A stretch of DNA of 36,478 bases from an uncultured Acidobacteriaceae bacterium. Its GTDB lineage: Bacteria; Acidobacteriota; Terriglobia; Terriglobales; Acidobacteriaceae. The notes beneath the pieces were generated by a model that saw only the letters and a program-made list of their open reading frames with translations, did no database searches and was not told the DNA's origin. Of this stretch, positions 1 to 9,474 are shown piece by piece. Position numbers and translations under genes: made by a program. Each line of letters opens with the position of its first letter. Position 1 is the stretch's first letter. Where the stretch lies: contig CAXTWP010000001.1 of the NCBI GenBank assembly GCA_964247945.1, forward strand, positions 1 to 36,478, in the 5' to 3' direction.

Positions 1-648
1 AAGTGACTTATGCACTCTGATTCGACCGTTATATTCGATGAAGCCCAGCTTGCGAAGTCTATTCATAAAGAAGCTCACCCGCGCACGGGTAGTACCGATC
101 ATGTCGGCGAGCGTCTCCTGGGTGATTTCCGGAATCAGTGTCTCGGGTTTTCCTGGCTGTCCGAACTCAGCCATCAGCAGAGAATTCTCGCAAGCGTTTC
201 TCACTGGAATTGAAGAGTTGATCAACTAGATCAGCTTGCGTGAGCATACTACGTGCTAGGAGAAAGGCGAGAAAGAGATCGGAGAAAGCCTGCTCCGCGT
301 GCATGACCCGCACCATCTCCTGTTTGGTGATCTTTAGAGCGCTGCAGGAGGTTATGGCTGTTGCCGTGGCCAAGCGCAGTCCGGCAACGGCGGCGATGCC
401 TCTTCTCCGACGAAATCACCAGCCTTTAGGAGTGTGATCGTCGCTTGCTTGCCGGTCTTAAATACGACCGTGAGCTTTGCCCTACCCTTTTGCAGATAGA
501 AGACCGCATCTGCTGCGTCCCCTTGGGAAAACAACGGGTGCTTCGGTTTGATGTTTACGAGCCTGCGGCCCCCGCCGGCATGGGCCAGGAAGGCAGCGGG
601 ATCAAAAACAGGTGTCTTTATTTCCTCCATCTTGACCCTCTCTGTCAT
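1..648 (-). pseudogene. Crp/Fnr family transcriptional regulator, three -1 frameshifts, runs off the window edge
   Basis: cNMP domain FSQGDAADAVFYLQKG...GDFVGEE (352-648), then ATATAIT...LVDQLFNSSEKRL (167-373), then HTH ITQETLADMIGTTRARVSFFMNRLRKLG in another frame. Frame is restored by adding one base near 389 and two near 180-192. Confidence 0.85.
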
Positions 649-678
649 TGCCTACCAGGCGGCTCGAGGCTCCCCGTT

Positions 679-1583
679 CTATTTGGGAGCGGAGTCCAGC
701 TTGCTGAGCTCTAACGCTACCTCCAGACTAAGGACAACCGATCCAGCAGCCAAATTCTCATCGAGATGAGCGATGTCGGTCGTACCCGGGATAAGCAAGG
801 TGTTTTTGCTGTGGTCTAGCAGCCAAGCGAGACCAAGCTGTGATGGCGGAATCCCGAGTTGGCCCGCAATTTTGATCACCTTCGGCTGAGCTGTGACTTT
901 GGGCAAGCCAGGCATGGCACCACCAAGGGGAAAGAAGGGTACCCCAGCAATCTGCTTATGAAAACACAAGGTAAGCAGCTCTTCACATGCTCGATCTACC
1001 AGGCTGTAAGCATTCTGGACGCAGGCTATGCAGCATGGAGAACGCGTTCTACATTCTCCATGCTGACCGCACTTAGGCCTATGTTGCCGATCTTGCCTTC
1101 CTGGCGCATCGCGATCATCTCAGCCATTTGGTCGTCAATGTCGACGACTTGGGCGCCTTCAGCTCGCAGTCCCGGGCCCACATCCGTTCTGCGCAAATTG
1201 ACTAGAGGGATCTGTTCCATGCCCAAGGTCAGCAGGTTCTCCTCCACGGTCGCGCGCAGTTGCTCCGGCCGCTGAGCCAGCCGCATCGGGACGGGGCCGT
1301 CGATCTCAGGATCTGCTCCGACCTTGCTTGCGACCACGACATCATCCCGGCCAACGATGACCTTGCGAATCATTCGGTTGGCGAATCCATTGCCATAGAA
1401 CATAGCCGAGTCGATGTGATTGACGCCCAGTTCGAGCGCACGCTTAAGAAGCGCCTCCGCTCTGGCCGGATCGGATTCGAGTTTGCGCAGTTGTAAGGCG
1501 CCATACCCGATGCGCGCTACTTCGTTCCCGCCGAGGGAATAGGTGCCAGCCGGTGTGGTGAGCCTTTGTGTAGAACACGTCAT
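679..1583 (-). pseudogene. Aldo/keto reductase, one frameshift near 1030
   Basis: RIGYGALQL, GVNHIDSAMFYG and IGNIGLS in 1026-1583. ACVQNAYSLVDR...PFFPLGG...LLIPGTTDIAHLDENLAA continue in the next frame; GCT GC ATA would read GCT GGC ATA. Confidence 0.85.
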
Positions 1584-2027
1584 CGGTCTGCTCCTGAGGT
1601 AAGCTTCAACAGCGTAGCCGCCTCCGCCTTTCGAGAAAGCCTATCCGGGAGGGCCCTCCGCTTGTCAAAGTTCTCCTGCTTGACGGTCGGATATTCCAAC
1701 ATTGGAGACATCGCTCGACGAGCGTACGTCGGGATAGGTGCATGCGATGCGCGGGACTATCAGCAGCCGTGTTCACTTTGCGCTCAAGGCCATTCTTGGA
1801 TACGCGCTCTCGGAGGAGGATTTCATCGCGCGATTTTGGCAGCAGGATTTGCGGCGGTGAACCCGAACACTTCGGGCAAAGTTCCTCATAAGCAACTGGC
1901 ACCCGCCCATCTGTTTGGAGGTACCTAAAATCGTCCAAGGATTCCTCGACCAATAGGCAGGCGCATTCTGGATGCTGATCCCGTATGGCTTGAGCCGAAC
2001 AGTTGATCAGGCACACAATGCCAGCTT

Positions 2028-2597
2028 CTAACCCGTGTAGTCCAAGAACAACACGATAATTCCGAATGCCGCGATCATAACTGCGGAAAGCGACGCTAAT
2101 CCGCCACTTCTGCCTGCTCTCGTCGACACCTCTCTCGCTGCGCGCCAGTACAGAATTGCGCCTGCGACGACAAGGACCAGTTCCACGCAAGCCGCCACTC
2201 GCGGATCGTTCCATAGTCCCAGACCGAGGTAAGGAAAATGACCGAAGTTTCCGGGGAGCACAGGCATGTCGGCGCGATGAACCACTAGATCAAGCACCCA
2301 GTGCGACGCGCTTACCAGCGCGATGACGAGCGCGATTCGCTTACCCAACCTCGGCAGGAATAGCGCTCCTAAGGCTGCGGATAGCGCCAGCATGCCTACG
2401 ATGGAATGACTGTAGTCGGCATGGATGATAGAGCCGGCGTAACCCGGATGAATCGGCTGCACCGATTCTTTATGAGTAAGGAGTAAGGGGATGAAGACGA
2501 CATCAAGCCACACCGTCGCCAGCATGAGGGCCCACAAAGGAGCGGACCGCTCACGGGACTTGACCATTGCTGCAAAACCAAAGTGACCGGCGATCAT
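2028..2597 (-). CDS. Integral membrane protein, metal-dependent hydrolase-like (YdjM-like His/Asp motifs)
   Basis: Hydrophobic 189 aa ORF with N-terminal GH, WLD, YSHS and SHWVLDLVVH motifs. Confidence 0.7.
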   Translation of the reverse strand: MIAGHFGFAAMVKSRERSAPLWALMLATVWLDVVFIPLLLTHKESVQPIHPGYAGSIIHADYSHSIVGMLALSAALGALFLPRLGKRIALVIALVSASHWVLDLVVHRADMPVLPGNFGHFPYLGLGLWNDPRVAACVELVLVVAGAILYWRAAREVSTRAGRSGGLASLSAVMIAAFGIIVLFLDYTG

Positions 2598-2695
2598 TCA
2601 GAAGCTCCTTTGCGTCCTGCGGACGGCCAAGGAAGGCGACGATCCACCAGTCCGACGACGACGACGAACAGAACAACTCCGATGATGAATTGCAT
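2594..2695 (-). CDS. 33-aa single-TM small protein MQFIIGVVLFVVVVGLVDRRLPWPSAGRKGASE
   Basis: GAGGAG RBS (2701-2706) 5 nt upstream of the ATG, a hydrophobic N-terminus, and a stop overlapping the next gene's ATG (ATGA). Below the ORF-track cutoff. Confidence 0.65.
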   Translation of the reverse strand: MQFIIGVVLFVVVVGLVDRRLPWPSAGRKGASE

Positions 2696-2741
2696 CTTCG
2701 CTCCTCACAAACGCTTGAACCGTGACCCTTGCATCCATGGT

Positions 2742-2790
2742 TTACACTGTAAGCCTTCGCCCGCTTGCAAGTCAAGACTTACAATGTCAG
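2742..2790. promoter_or_regulatory. Two putative TetR operators (TTACA-C-TGTAA 2742-2752; CTTACA-A-TGTCAG 2778-2790)
   Basis: Related palindromes in the divergent intergenic region, the second abutting the TetR start. Confidence 0.6.
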
Positions 2791-2792
2791 TA

Positions 2793-3410
2793 ATGGCCCA
2801 CCCCAAGCTGCTTACGTCAGCCGACATCCTGAAGACGGCTATTCGACTGGTCGAACAAGGGGATGCGGATGGACTATCATTGCGAGCCGTTGCAGCCGCT
2901 CTTGGTGTCAAGGCGCCGAGCTTGTACCGGTACTTCCCGCACAAAGAAGCTCTTGAAGTGGCGGTCGCCGAGGAGGTACTGCGCGCCGTGTGGGTCGCGT
3001 TGCAAACCGCCTCGGAGGCGACGGACCCGGAGACTAGATTCCGCGCAACGGCCGACACCTATCTGCGTTTTGCGCGTGAGCGATCCGTCCTTTACTCGCT
3101 GATCGTGCAGAACCGTATTCCTGGTGTCTACGGGTCAAAAATGGGCAAGGCCGTTTGGGATCTGCTGCTACAGGCCGCAAGCGGGGTCTCCGGACAGCCT
3201 GACGACACCGCTGCCGCTGTCGCAACCTGGTCATTCCTGCATGGCTACGCCACGCTGGAGCAATCCGGTGCGTTTGGAGCATCCGGTCCTCAAGGTGGAC
3301 TGGAGCAAGGCCTGGAAGCGTTCCTGAGCAACTTCCGCAGGAGTGTTCCGTCCACGCAGAAAGAGACTTCACGGTCAGCTTCAGGCATCCGGCGACGAAA
3401 GAAGCGATGA
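2793..3410 (+). CDS. TetR/AcrR family regulator (WHG-type C-terminal domain)
   Basis: LSLRAVAAALGVKAPSLYRYFPHKEAL HTH and WSFLHG motif. Start reassigned to ATG 2793. Confidence 0.9.
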   Translation: MAHPKLLTSADILKTAIRLVEQGDADGLSLRAVAAALGVKAPSLYRYFPHKEALEVAVAEEVLRAVWVALQTASEATDPETRFRATADTYLRFARERSVLYSLIVQNRIPGVYGSKMGKAVWDLLLQAASGVSGQPDDTAAAVATWSFLHGYATLEQSGAFGASGPQGGLEQGLEAFLSNFRRSVPSTQKETSRSASGIRRRKKR

Positions 3411-3444
3411 GAGGGTTTAGTGAAGAGACAGGCTATTCAGCATT

Positions 3445-4590
3445 TCAGATCGTTTCGACTTGATGTTGGAGGCCTTCGATGAAGGCCGCGATCGCATTTT
3501 TAGAAAAAGCTTGTCGTACGCCTTTCGCAGCTTCGACAGCGGATTCCTGAGCTCGTACATGCATCACGTGTTAAAAAACGGCAACTGCTTCGTCCAGGTC
3601 CGTCTCGGCCTTATGCGCGTGAACAATAGCGAGCGCCAGATCAGCGGCATCGCGCATCGCAAGATTCGCGCCTTCGCCGGAGAAAGGAGACATCAGGTGC
3701 GCGGCATCACCGATCAACGTGAGCCCGCGACGGTGTGGCCAGTTGTGCCCGATGGGCAGTTCCGAAATGACTCTGGTTGTAGTTTGTGACCCCGCCAGCG
3801 TAATGAAGCGCAGAAGCGTTGGACACCATCCAGAGAAGCGCTCGGAGAGTTCATCTCGGGTCATGGATGGTCCGGGAGCATCCCCCGTCCACATACCTGC
3901 ATAAACGTGAACACCACCCGAGGCTGTGCGGTGCGAATTGATCGCAAGCCGGTTTCCCAATGCGAACATATTGCCGAAGCGCGTAAGAGCAAGGAGGTGT
4001 GGGTCGTGGGCTGCAGCCTCACTGTATTGAAGTTCATAGAATGTGACACCGGTGTAGACGGGCTTTGCGGTCGAGACATTCGGCCTCACACGCGACCACG
4101 CACCATCGGCTCCGATCACCAGGTCGAACCTTTCAGAAGGAGCATCGCGGAAGTGCAGCGTCACGGGTCCACCAGGAGCAGCCTGACTTACGGCGGTCAA
4201 GAGATGCTCCCACTTGATTGAACCTGGTGCAACGGCATCGAGCAGAATCCTCCGGACGTCAGGCCGATCTACCTCGGGCCGATCGCCTCCCGGCTGATTT
4301 GGTTGGAAGAACTGCACTTTACCGTCGCTGTCATAAACGGTCATCTCCTGCTCGTCATATCGAGCGATTTGCTTGAACTGTGGGTATAAATCTGAAGCTC
4401 GAAGAGCAAATTGGCCGCCGTCCACATGCATGTCGAGTACCCCGCCCTGCGCGCGAGCAATTGCCGACGAGTCGCGTTCAAAGACTGTGCAGGTCAAACC
4501 GTGGATCTGCAAAATTCGCTCCGCCACAAGGCCAGCAGGTCCGGCTCCAACAATACCGATTCGGACGGTAGGCGAGTTGAGCATTGACAT
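3445..4590 (-). pseudogene. TetX-like FAD-dependent monooxygenase with in-frame TAA at 3571-3573
   Basis: GAGPAG, QGGVLDMH, RPEVDR, GADG and GDAAHLMSPFSGEGANLAM motifs. The frame continues past the stop (HVMHVRAQESA...) to TGA at 3445, giving 381 codons in total. Confidence 0.8.
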
Positions 4591-4607
4591 AGGCTACTAT
4601 GTCAATG
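4582..4607. promoter_or_regulatory. Perfect 11-bp inverted repeat, putative MarR operator
   Basis: CATTGACATAG-GCTA-CTATGTCAATG between the divergent monooxygenase and MarR genes. A weaker ATAGCATGCAAT follows. Confidence 0.7.
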
Positions 4608-5069
4608 GATAGCATGCAATATAATATTAAAATCAGCATGCCTCATCCGACAATTGGCTTTCTCATCAATCGGATTTCCCGCTTAGGACAACGGTGGCTC
4701 GACAGTCGATTGAAAGAGTTCGGTATCGCTGGTGCGGCAATGCCGGTCCTGACGCTCTTGAAGGAGGAGGGGGTCTGCACGCAACGCGATCTGGCGTCGC
4801 GCATCGGAATTGAGCAACCCACGATGGCACAGTTGTTGAAGAGAATGGAGCGCGACGGCCTCATCGTGCGCACGCCAAATCCGAACGACGCTCGGAGCGC
4901 GGAGGTTTCACTCTCAGAGCGCGCGTCTCGCGCTTTGCCGGCCGCAAGGCAAGAAATGCTGAGAGGCTATGATCTAGTCACAGCAGATTTTTCAGAACGT
5001 GACTTAGCGACTCTGATTCGCCTGCTGGAACGGTACCTGGCGAGCATTGAAACCCGTCTTCAGGCGTGA
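4599..5069 (+). CDS. MarR family transcriptional regulator (start may be ATG 4638)
   Basis: TQRDLASRIGIEQPTMAQLLKRMERDGLIVRTPNPNDARS winged-helix motif. Confidence 0.9.
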   Translation: MSMDSMQYNIKISMPHPTIGFLINRISRLGQRWLDSRLKEFGIAGAAMPVLTLLKEEGVCTQRDLASRIGIEQPTMAQLLKRMERDGLIVRTPNPNDARSAEVSLSERASRALPAARQEMLRGYDLVTADFSERDLATLIRLLERYLASIETRLQA

Positions 5070-5221
5070 GTGGAGATCGGCTCATACCTCTCGTAAGGCG
5101 ACATATCAGGACTGGTCGTTGTTCTACGGACAGGCGGAACTGCGAAGGTGTACGTAAACTCATTGAATCCGATCAAGTACCATTCCTCGTGGCTCCAAAT
5201 TACTAGAGGAACGACTTCACC

Positions 5222-6052
5222 ATGGCAGAGCTGAGAATTAGCACTTTCACTAACGGATTTGTTCTCTACTTTGAGACTCCAGAGTCTCGTATTGATGCCT
5301 ATGCTCTTGCCTCGACGTTAGTCTCACTGGCGGACGCTGCGAAGGCAGTTGGCCGATCCCTAAATGGCGCCGTTGATATTCAAATTGTTATAGAGGCTCT
5401 AAACTCAGGTAGTTTTAGAGCCAGGATTTCCGCCATTGCTCGAGAGTCCGGCTTGTTCGTTAAGAACCAGCTCGTTACCGGCATTGTTATCAGCGCGTTG
5501 GGCAATTACATCTACGACCATACCCTGTCGAAACGAGATCCAATTCAAGTTGAGGTCAATACCGAGGAGGTGATTATTACGCACGGGGAAGACAGGGTGA
5601 TTGTCCCGAGAGAGGTTCATGAAGCTACTGAAATGGTTGCTCAGAATCCTGTCTTTGTCCGATCTATTGACCGGATGTTAGGAAGCGTCATCAAGGACGA
5701 GCGGGTGACCGGCTTTGGTCTCGCCGCAGACGTCAATGGCCCGCCGCCTGCGTTGATGCTGCCGCTCGAGTTCCTCGTTATAAGAGTTGAGTCTTCAGAC
5801 CCGGAGGCGAATCTCACCCTAAAAGCAACGCTTGCCGCTGGAGTCCGCGAAGTAGCTTTGAACTTGAGAGGCTATTGTCGCCGATGGGACCGACATGCAG
5901 AATCACGGGACGCTGAAGGACACGCAAGGCCCGTTAAGTCACGCCAGCATTACCACTACCGGCAATGTGTACGTGCAGACTCTCGATGCGGACGTGGCTG
6001 GTGCTGTCAACTCCCGTGCGACGGCGGTACTCGAAGGCTGGTCTCCGGCTGA
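5222..6052 (+). pseudogene. Hypothetical protein, apparently truncated near 5810 and running into integrase DNA
   Basis: Good RBS and a protein-like first ~195 aa. The remainder overlaps an integrase C-terminus in another frame and reads as spurious. Confidence 0.5.
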
Positions 6053-6125
6053 GAAGCTGGGACTCAAAGGCAGGAACATCCGCAAAGCGTTGAAGGCACC
6101 TGAACAGGGTCAGATAGCAATTTGA
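5878..6125 (+). pseudogene. Tyrosine recombinase/integrase C-terminal relic
   Basis: RR.MGTDMQNHGTLKDTQGPLSHASITTTGNVYVQ matches box II with the His and catalytic Tyr. It ends about 50 bp from the tRNA fragment. Confidence 0.75.
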
Positions 6126-6177
6126 CGAAGTTTGACGGAGTGGAGCGGAAGGAGGTCTTGCAAGTGCTTTATAAGCA

Positions 6178-6223
<46 letters not shown>

Positions 6224-6870
6224 TACGGATTTGCTCGGTTCATGGTTGCTATTTATCTATTCAAGTTGCTCATAGAGACAGGCTTATAGAGCTTGTGGAG
6301 TGCCGGTGCCTGGTGGGGATTGCTCGTGATTGCTCAGTATTCTGCGCCAATGTCCCCACAGTGCGAAAACCTCCTCTCCTTGCACTCGTTGACCGTAAGC
6401 CGGCCTTCCGGCGGCCAGGTGCACGCATTCCCGGGGCGTTACGCGCGTCCTCCTGCCCATGTCGTGAACTCATCATTTGCTGGAGCCGCCTCCAAGCGGA
6501 ATTCTGACGCTGATTGCTAGAGCCGGCTTTACGGTCCAGTGAGTCGTCGTCAACGGGGTGGCCGCATTGCCAGTGTTCCCAAGCGATTGACCCACAACGA
6601 AACCTCCGGCGAGCTTGGTGTCCCTGCCTATGTCGGCGAGAGCGCTGATTGCCATCGAGCGGTAGGAGTATGTGGGTCTCGGTTCTAAACTCGACCATTG
6701 ACATTGCCGGGTTGCACCCATCAAGGGGCAACGCAAAGCCTAAAAACCTTGGTCCGCCGACCGCCGCCAATTGTTGCCCGGATGTCCGCTCAGCAGAATA
6801 GCGGGACAGCCGGATCACACTGTAGACTGCGCAGGTGGGGAGGCGCTGAGCTTGATGTGCGTAAGAAACG

Positions 6871-7167
6871 TTATTCAAGCTTCTTGAAGGGTAGGTCAAA
6901 GCCAGAGAGTTTTTCAACTTGGCGAAGAAATGCGGACGGCTTCATTTGAATTGACACACAGATGTCGAAGATGCTTCTTAGAGAGGGGTTGGTCTTGCCC
7001 AGTTCGATGAGGCTAATGAAAGCACGTTCATAGCCAGACTTTGCAGCCAGAGCCTCCTGGCTCATCTTCTGGCGTAACCGATGCTTCCGCAGGAGTTGAC
7101 CAAACGCTGCGGAGGGATCGAGCTTGGTCGTTCCGGTATCAGAAGATGCCACGTCCAACTGTGGCAC
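6871..7167 (-). CDS. XRE-family helix-turn-helix protein
   Basis: FGQLLRKHRLRQKMSQEALAAKSGYERAFISLIELGKTNPSL. Confidence 0.88.
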   Translation of the reverse strand: MPQLDVASSDTGTTKLDPSAAFGQLLRKHRLRQKMSQEALAAKSGYERAFISLIELGKTNPSLRSIFDICVSIQMKPSAFLRQVEKLSGFDLPFKKLE

Positions 7168-7403
7168 CGCAAGTATATGACGCGCCGCTTATAATACTTG
7201 CGGAGACCGCTCTCAAGGCGACTGAACGCAGCATCACTGACGGTGTTGGCTGCTTTCCGATACCCTGACGCTGGCCTTACAGCGTTCTCCGAGTCTTGCA
7301 AGGATTTTCTGTCAGGGTTGATGGGAGCTGTTACCACCGAACACGGTCAACTTGCGATTGCGCTCAGATGACATTTCGATCAAACTTAACGAGTGTAGCC
7401 TCA

Positions 7404-7661
7404 ATGCAAGCCAAGATGATTATCTTCCCGAATGACGCTGGCTTCAGCGTGTTGATTTGGGAATCGTGGTCTCAAAGGGCCATGCGGGTGCGCCGATTCG
7501 ACAACCGCATGACGATGATAGCCTTGCTGGAAAGTCTTCAGCTGCTTGACGAGCAACAGGTGAAAGATCTTCAAAACTTCGGGTTTATCGATTCGTGCCC
7601 GCTGTACTCAGTCGAAGTCGAAGAGGACACATTAGTTGCTCACGCATTCCAGCCGGGCTGA
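7404..7661 (+). CDS. Hypothetical protein (85 aa)
   Basis: Protein-like composition from ATG 7404, divergent from the XRE gene. No motif recognised. Confidence 0.55.
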   Translation: MQAKMIIFPNDAGFSVLIWESWSQRAMRVRRFDNRMTMIALLESLQLLDEQQVKDLQNFGFIDSCPLYSVEVEEDTLVAHAFQPG

Positions 7662-7692
7662 GCATGCTCACGCATTTCAGCCGGGCTGAGCA
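7637..7692. repeat. 28-bp tandem duplication (1 mismatch)
   Basis: TGCTCACGCATTCCAGCCGGGCTGAGCA then TGCTCACGCATTTCAGCCGGGCTGAGCA. Each unit is bounded by TGCTCA/TGAGCA. Confidence 0.9.
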
Positions 7693-7727
7693 CCCTAGCC
7701 TTCATTTTGTCGCGATGCGCATCCACT

Positions 7728-7937
7728 CTAGCGAGTGCCCTTATGGCTCAGGATCCGGGCGGCGTTCATGAACACCATGCCCGCGGGAGTGAGAGTCACC
7801 TGATCCTCGGAGCTCTCAAACACGCAAAACATGAGTTTCCGTTCGAGCGCTGCGATCCTGTCCCTTAGGATAGATGCCGAGACACCGAGCTCCCGCGCGG
7901 CGCTGAGATAGCTGCCATCTCGTGAAACCAACTCCAC
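7728..7937 (-). CDS. Stand-alone LysR-type HTH domain (fragment or mini-regulator)
   Basis: GSYLSAARELGVSASILRDRIAALERKL..VF....VTLTPAG; no substrate-binding domain. Confidence 0.65.
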   Translation of the reverse strand: MELVSRDGSYLSAARELGVSASILRDRIAALERKLMFCVFESSEDQVTLTPAGMVFMNAARILSHKGTR

Positions 7938-8049
7938 CTCTGCAAGGAGGTCGGCGGCGATAGCTCTCTCATAAATGGGCCCGATGAGGAAGGTTTAACC
8001 ACACTAAGGACTTCTGATGCTCTCTCAGACTCAAACACTCATGTAGCCG

Positions 8050-9303
8050 CTATCGAGGAACTTGCAACATGATGTCGGGCATACGAGGATCAAGTTTTGG
8101 ATCGTTGAAGCAAAGCTTTAGAGATTCTCCGGCATATATTTCCTTGATTCCTAGTTCAGTGAGCCGCGATCTATATGCGGAGACCACTGCCTGAGTCTTG
8201 GAAGGATCTTTCAGCCAAATGAGTCCCACGGTATCGGTCGTTACGTGTGCTGCAAGATCTTTCTGAACTGTATTCACAACGGCCTCGACGCCGTCCGCGT
8301 CAACGATCCGACGGAGGCGTTTTTCGATCGGAGATTGCCCATGTTTGGCAGTGATGATGATTGTTGTTGCCTCGTACAAGCCTTGCTTCTTCAGGGCATC
8401 TACTATGCGGGTCAAGGAGTTATCGAGGTAGACCATCGCCTTCTCCAAGACAGGTGTCGGACTGCCTTGCCCATCTATGTAGCCTCCATCCTTGAGTTTT
8501 TGAGCCACACTGACGCAAATGAGCGTAACACCGAACAATTCCGGGACCGGCGTTTCATGTTTGCCAGTATGATCATGTGCGGTTATCTGCTTAAGCAGCG
8601 CGTTCACCTTGAGATCGTCGTGTCCTGTTGAGCGATCCAGATTTTGTTTGAGACCTGGAACGTGCGCCTCCGGAGAGTAAAGGTCATCTACACCGCTGCC
8701 GGAAGGACCGTTGAGGAGATCGGCGTACGCAGGATGCTGATCTATCCAGGCGGTATGACCTCCGGACGCATGAACCAGCTCAAACATGTTATTTACCCGA
8801 GAAAGGTTGTGCGGATATACAGGTACGCATCCTCTCTTGGAGTCAAGGGGCAGCTTGCTAGGATCAATGCCTCCACCCGCATCTTCGGTATCTGCATCAA
8901 AGTTGGCTTTTTCATCGAGATACAGGGCGGTCCCCTTCGTCTTGCAGTCAGATTTAGGTGGCGAAAGATCTCGGTCCCACCCGTCGCTGTACAAGACACC
9001 TGTAGCGTTCGGCGAGCCTCCTGTAGCGAAGGCTAGTTCACCAGGTGCTCCGTCGGCGAAGGGCACGCGAGCGTTGGAATAGGTTGTGCCATGACCGCTT
9101 CAGTTGCTAAGCGTGGAGTTCGGATGTATCTCGACGAATCTTGCGAGATCAAGGGCGTGCATTCCATCAACACTAATGAGAATGACATGACGCTTCGATG
9201 TCTCTTGCCCAATCGCATCGTTGTTTGCGCTACCAACGACGGCTGAACCAATAGCCCACACGAATGCAGCTTGGCGCAAATAAAGAACAGAAAACCTTGA
9301 CAT
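8050..9303 (-). pseudogene. Secreted alkaline phosphatase / nucleotide pyrophosphatase superfamily protein; in-frame TGA at 9100-9102, C-terminus apparently truncated
   Basis: AAGGAG RBS, signal-like N-terminus, HVILISVDGMH and IIITAKHG. The two ORFs share a frame; the protein ends at RMPDIMLQVPR without the usual final HG motif. Confidence 0.8.
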
Positions 9304-9474
9304 ATGGCTCCTTTTGACCCAGCTATGCACCGCGGATACGCTTACCGGCGGCGCTACCTGGCTCACTTTCAACAATCAGCTACTTTTCTAACAAGAGCAT
9401 CAGAGATGATTAGGAATCTTTCATCACACATTTCAACGTCCTCAAAACCCACGTCTTCATCGGATGCTTGATGG

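Noticed and set aside
1566-2027. ORFs 1566-1928 (+) and 1606-2214 (-), and similar ORFs at 14959-15491, 25565-26049 and 31442-32175
   Set aside because: No recognisable motif, RBS or protein-like composition. Probably spurious or too decayed to call.
3445-4590. Assigning the symbol tet(X)
   Set aside because: Family motifs only; identity and activity cannot be judged from the sequence alone.
6391-6537. Inverted repeat GACCGTAAGCCGGC / GCCGGCTTTACGGTC as a MITE or structured RNA
   Set aside because: Short and gapped, with no target duplication or second copy seen.
7637-7692. CRISPR array
   Set aside because: Two adjacent copies with no spacer and no cas genes in the window.
9100-9102. Selenocysteine or programmed readthrough at in-frame stops (also 3571 and 33357)
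   Set aside because: The stops fall at positions expected to be Leu, Glu and Tyr, differ in type, and show no evident SECIS. Mutation or error is simpler.
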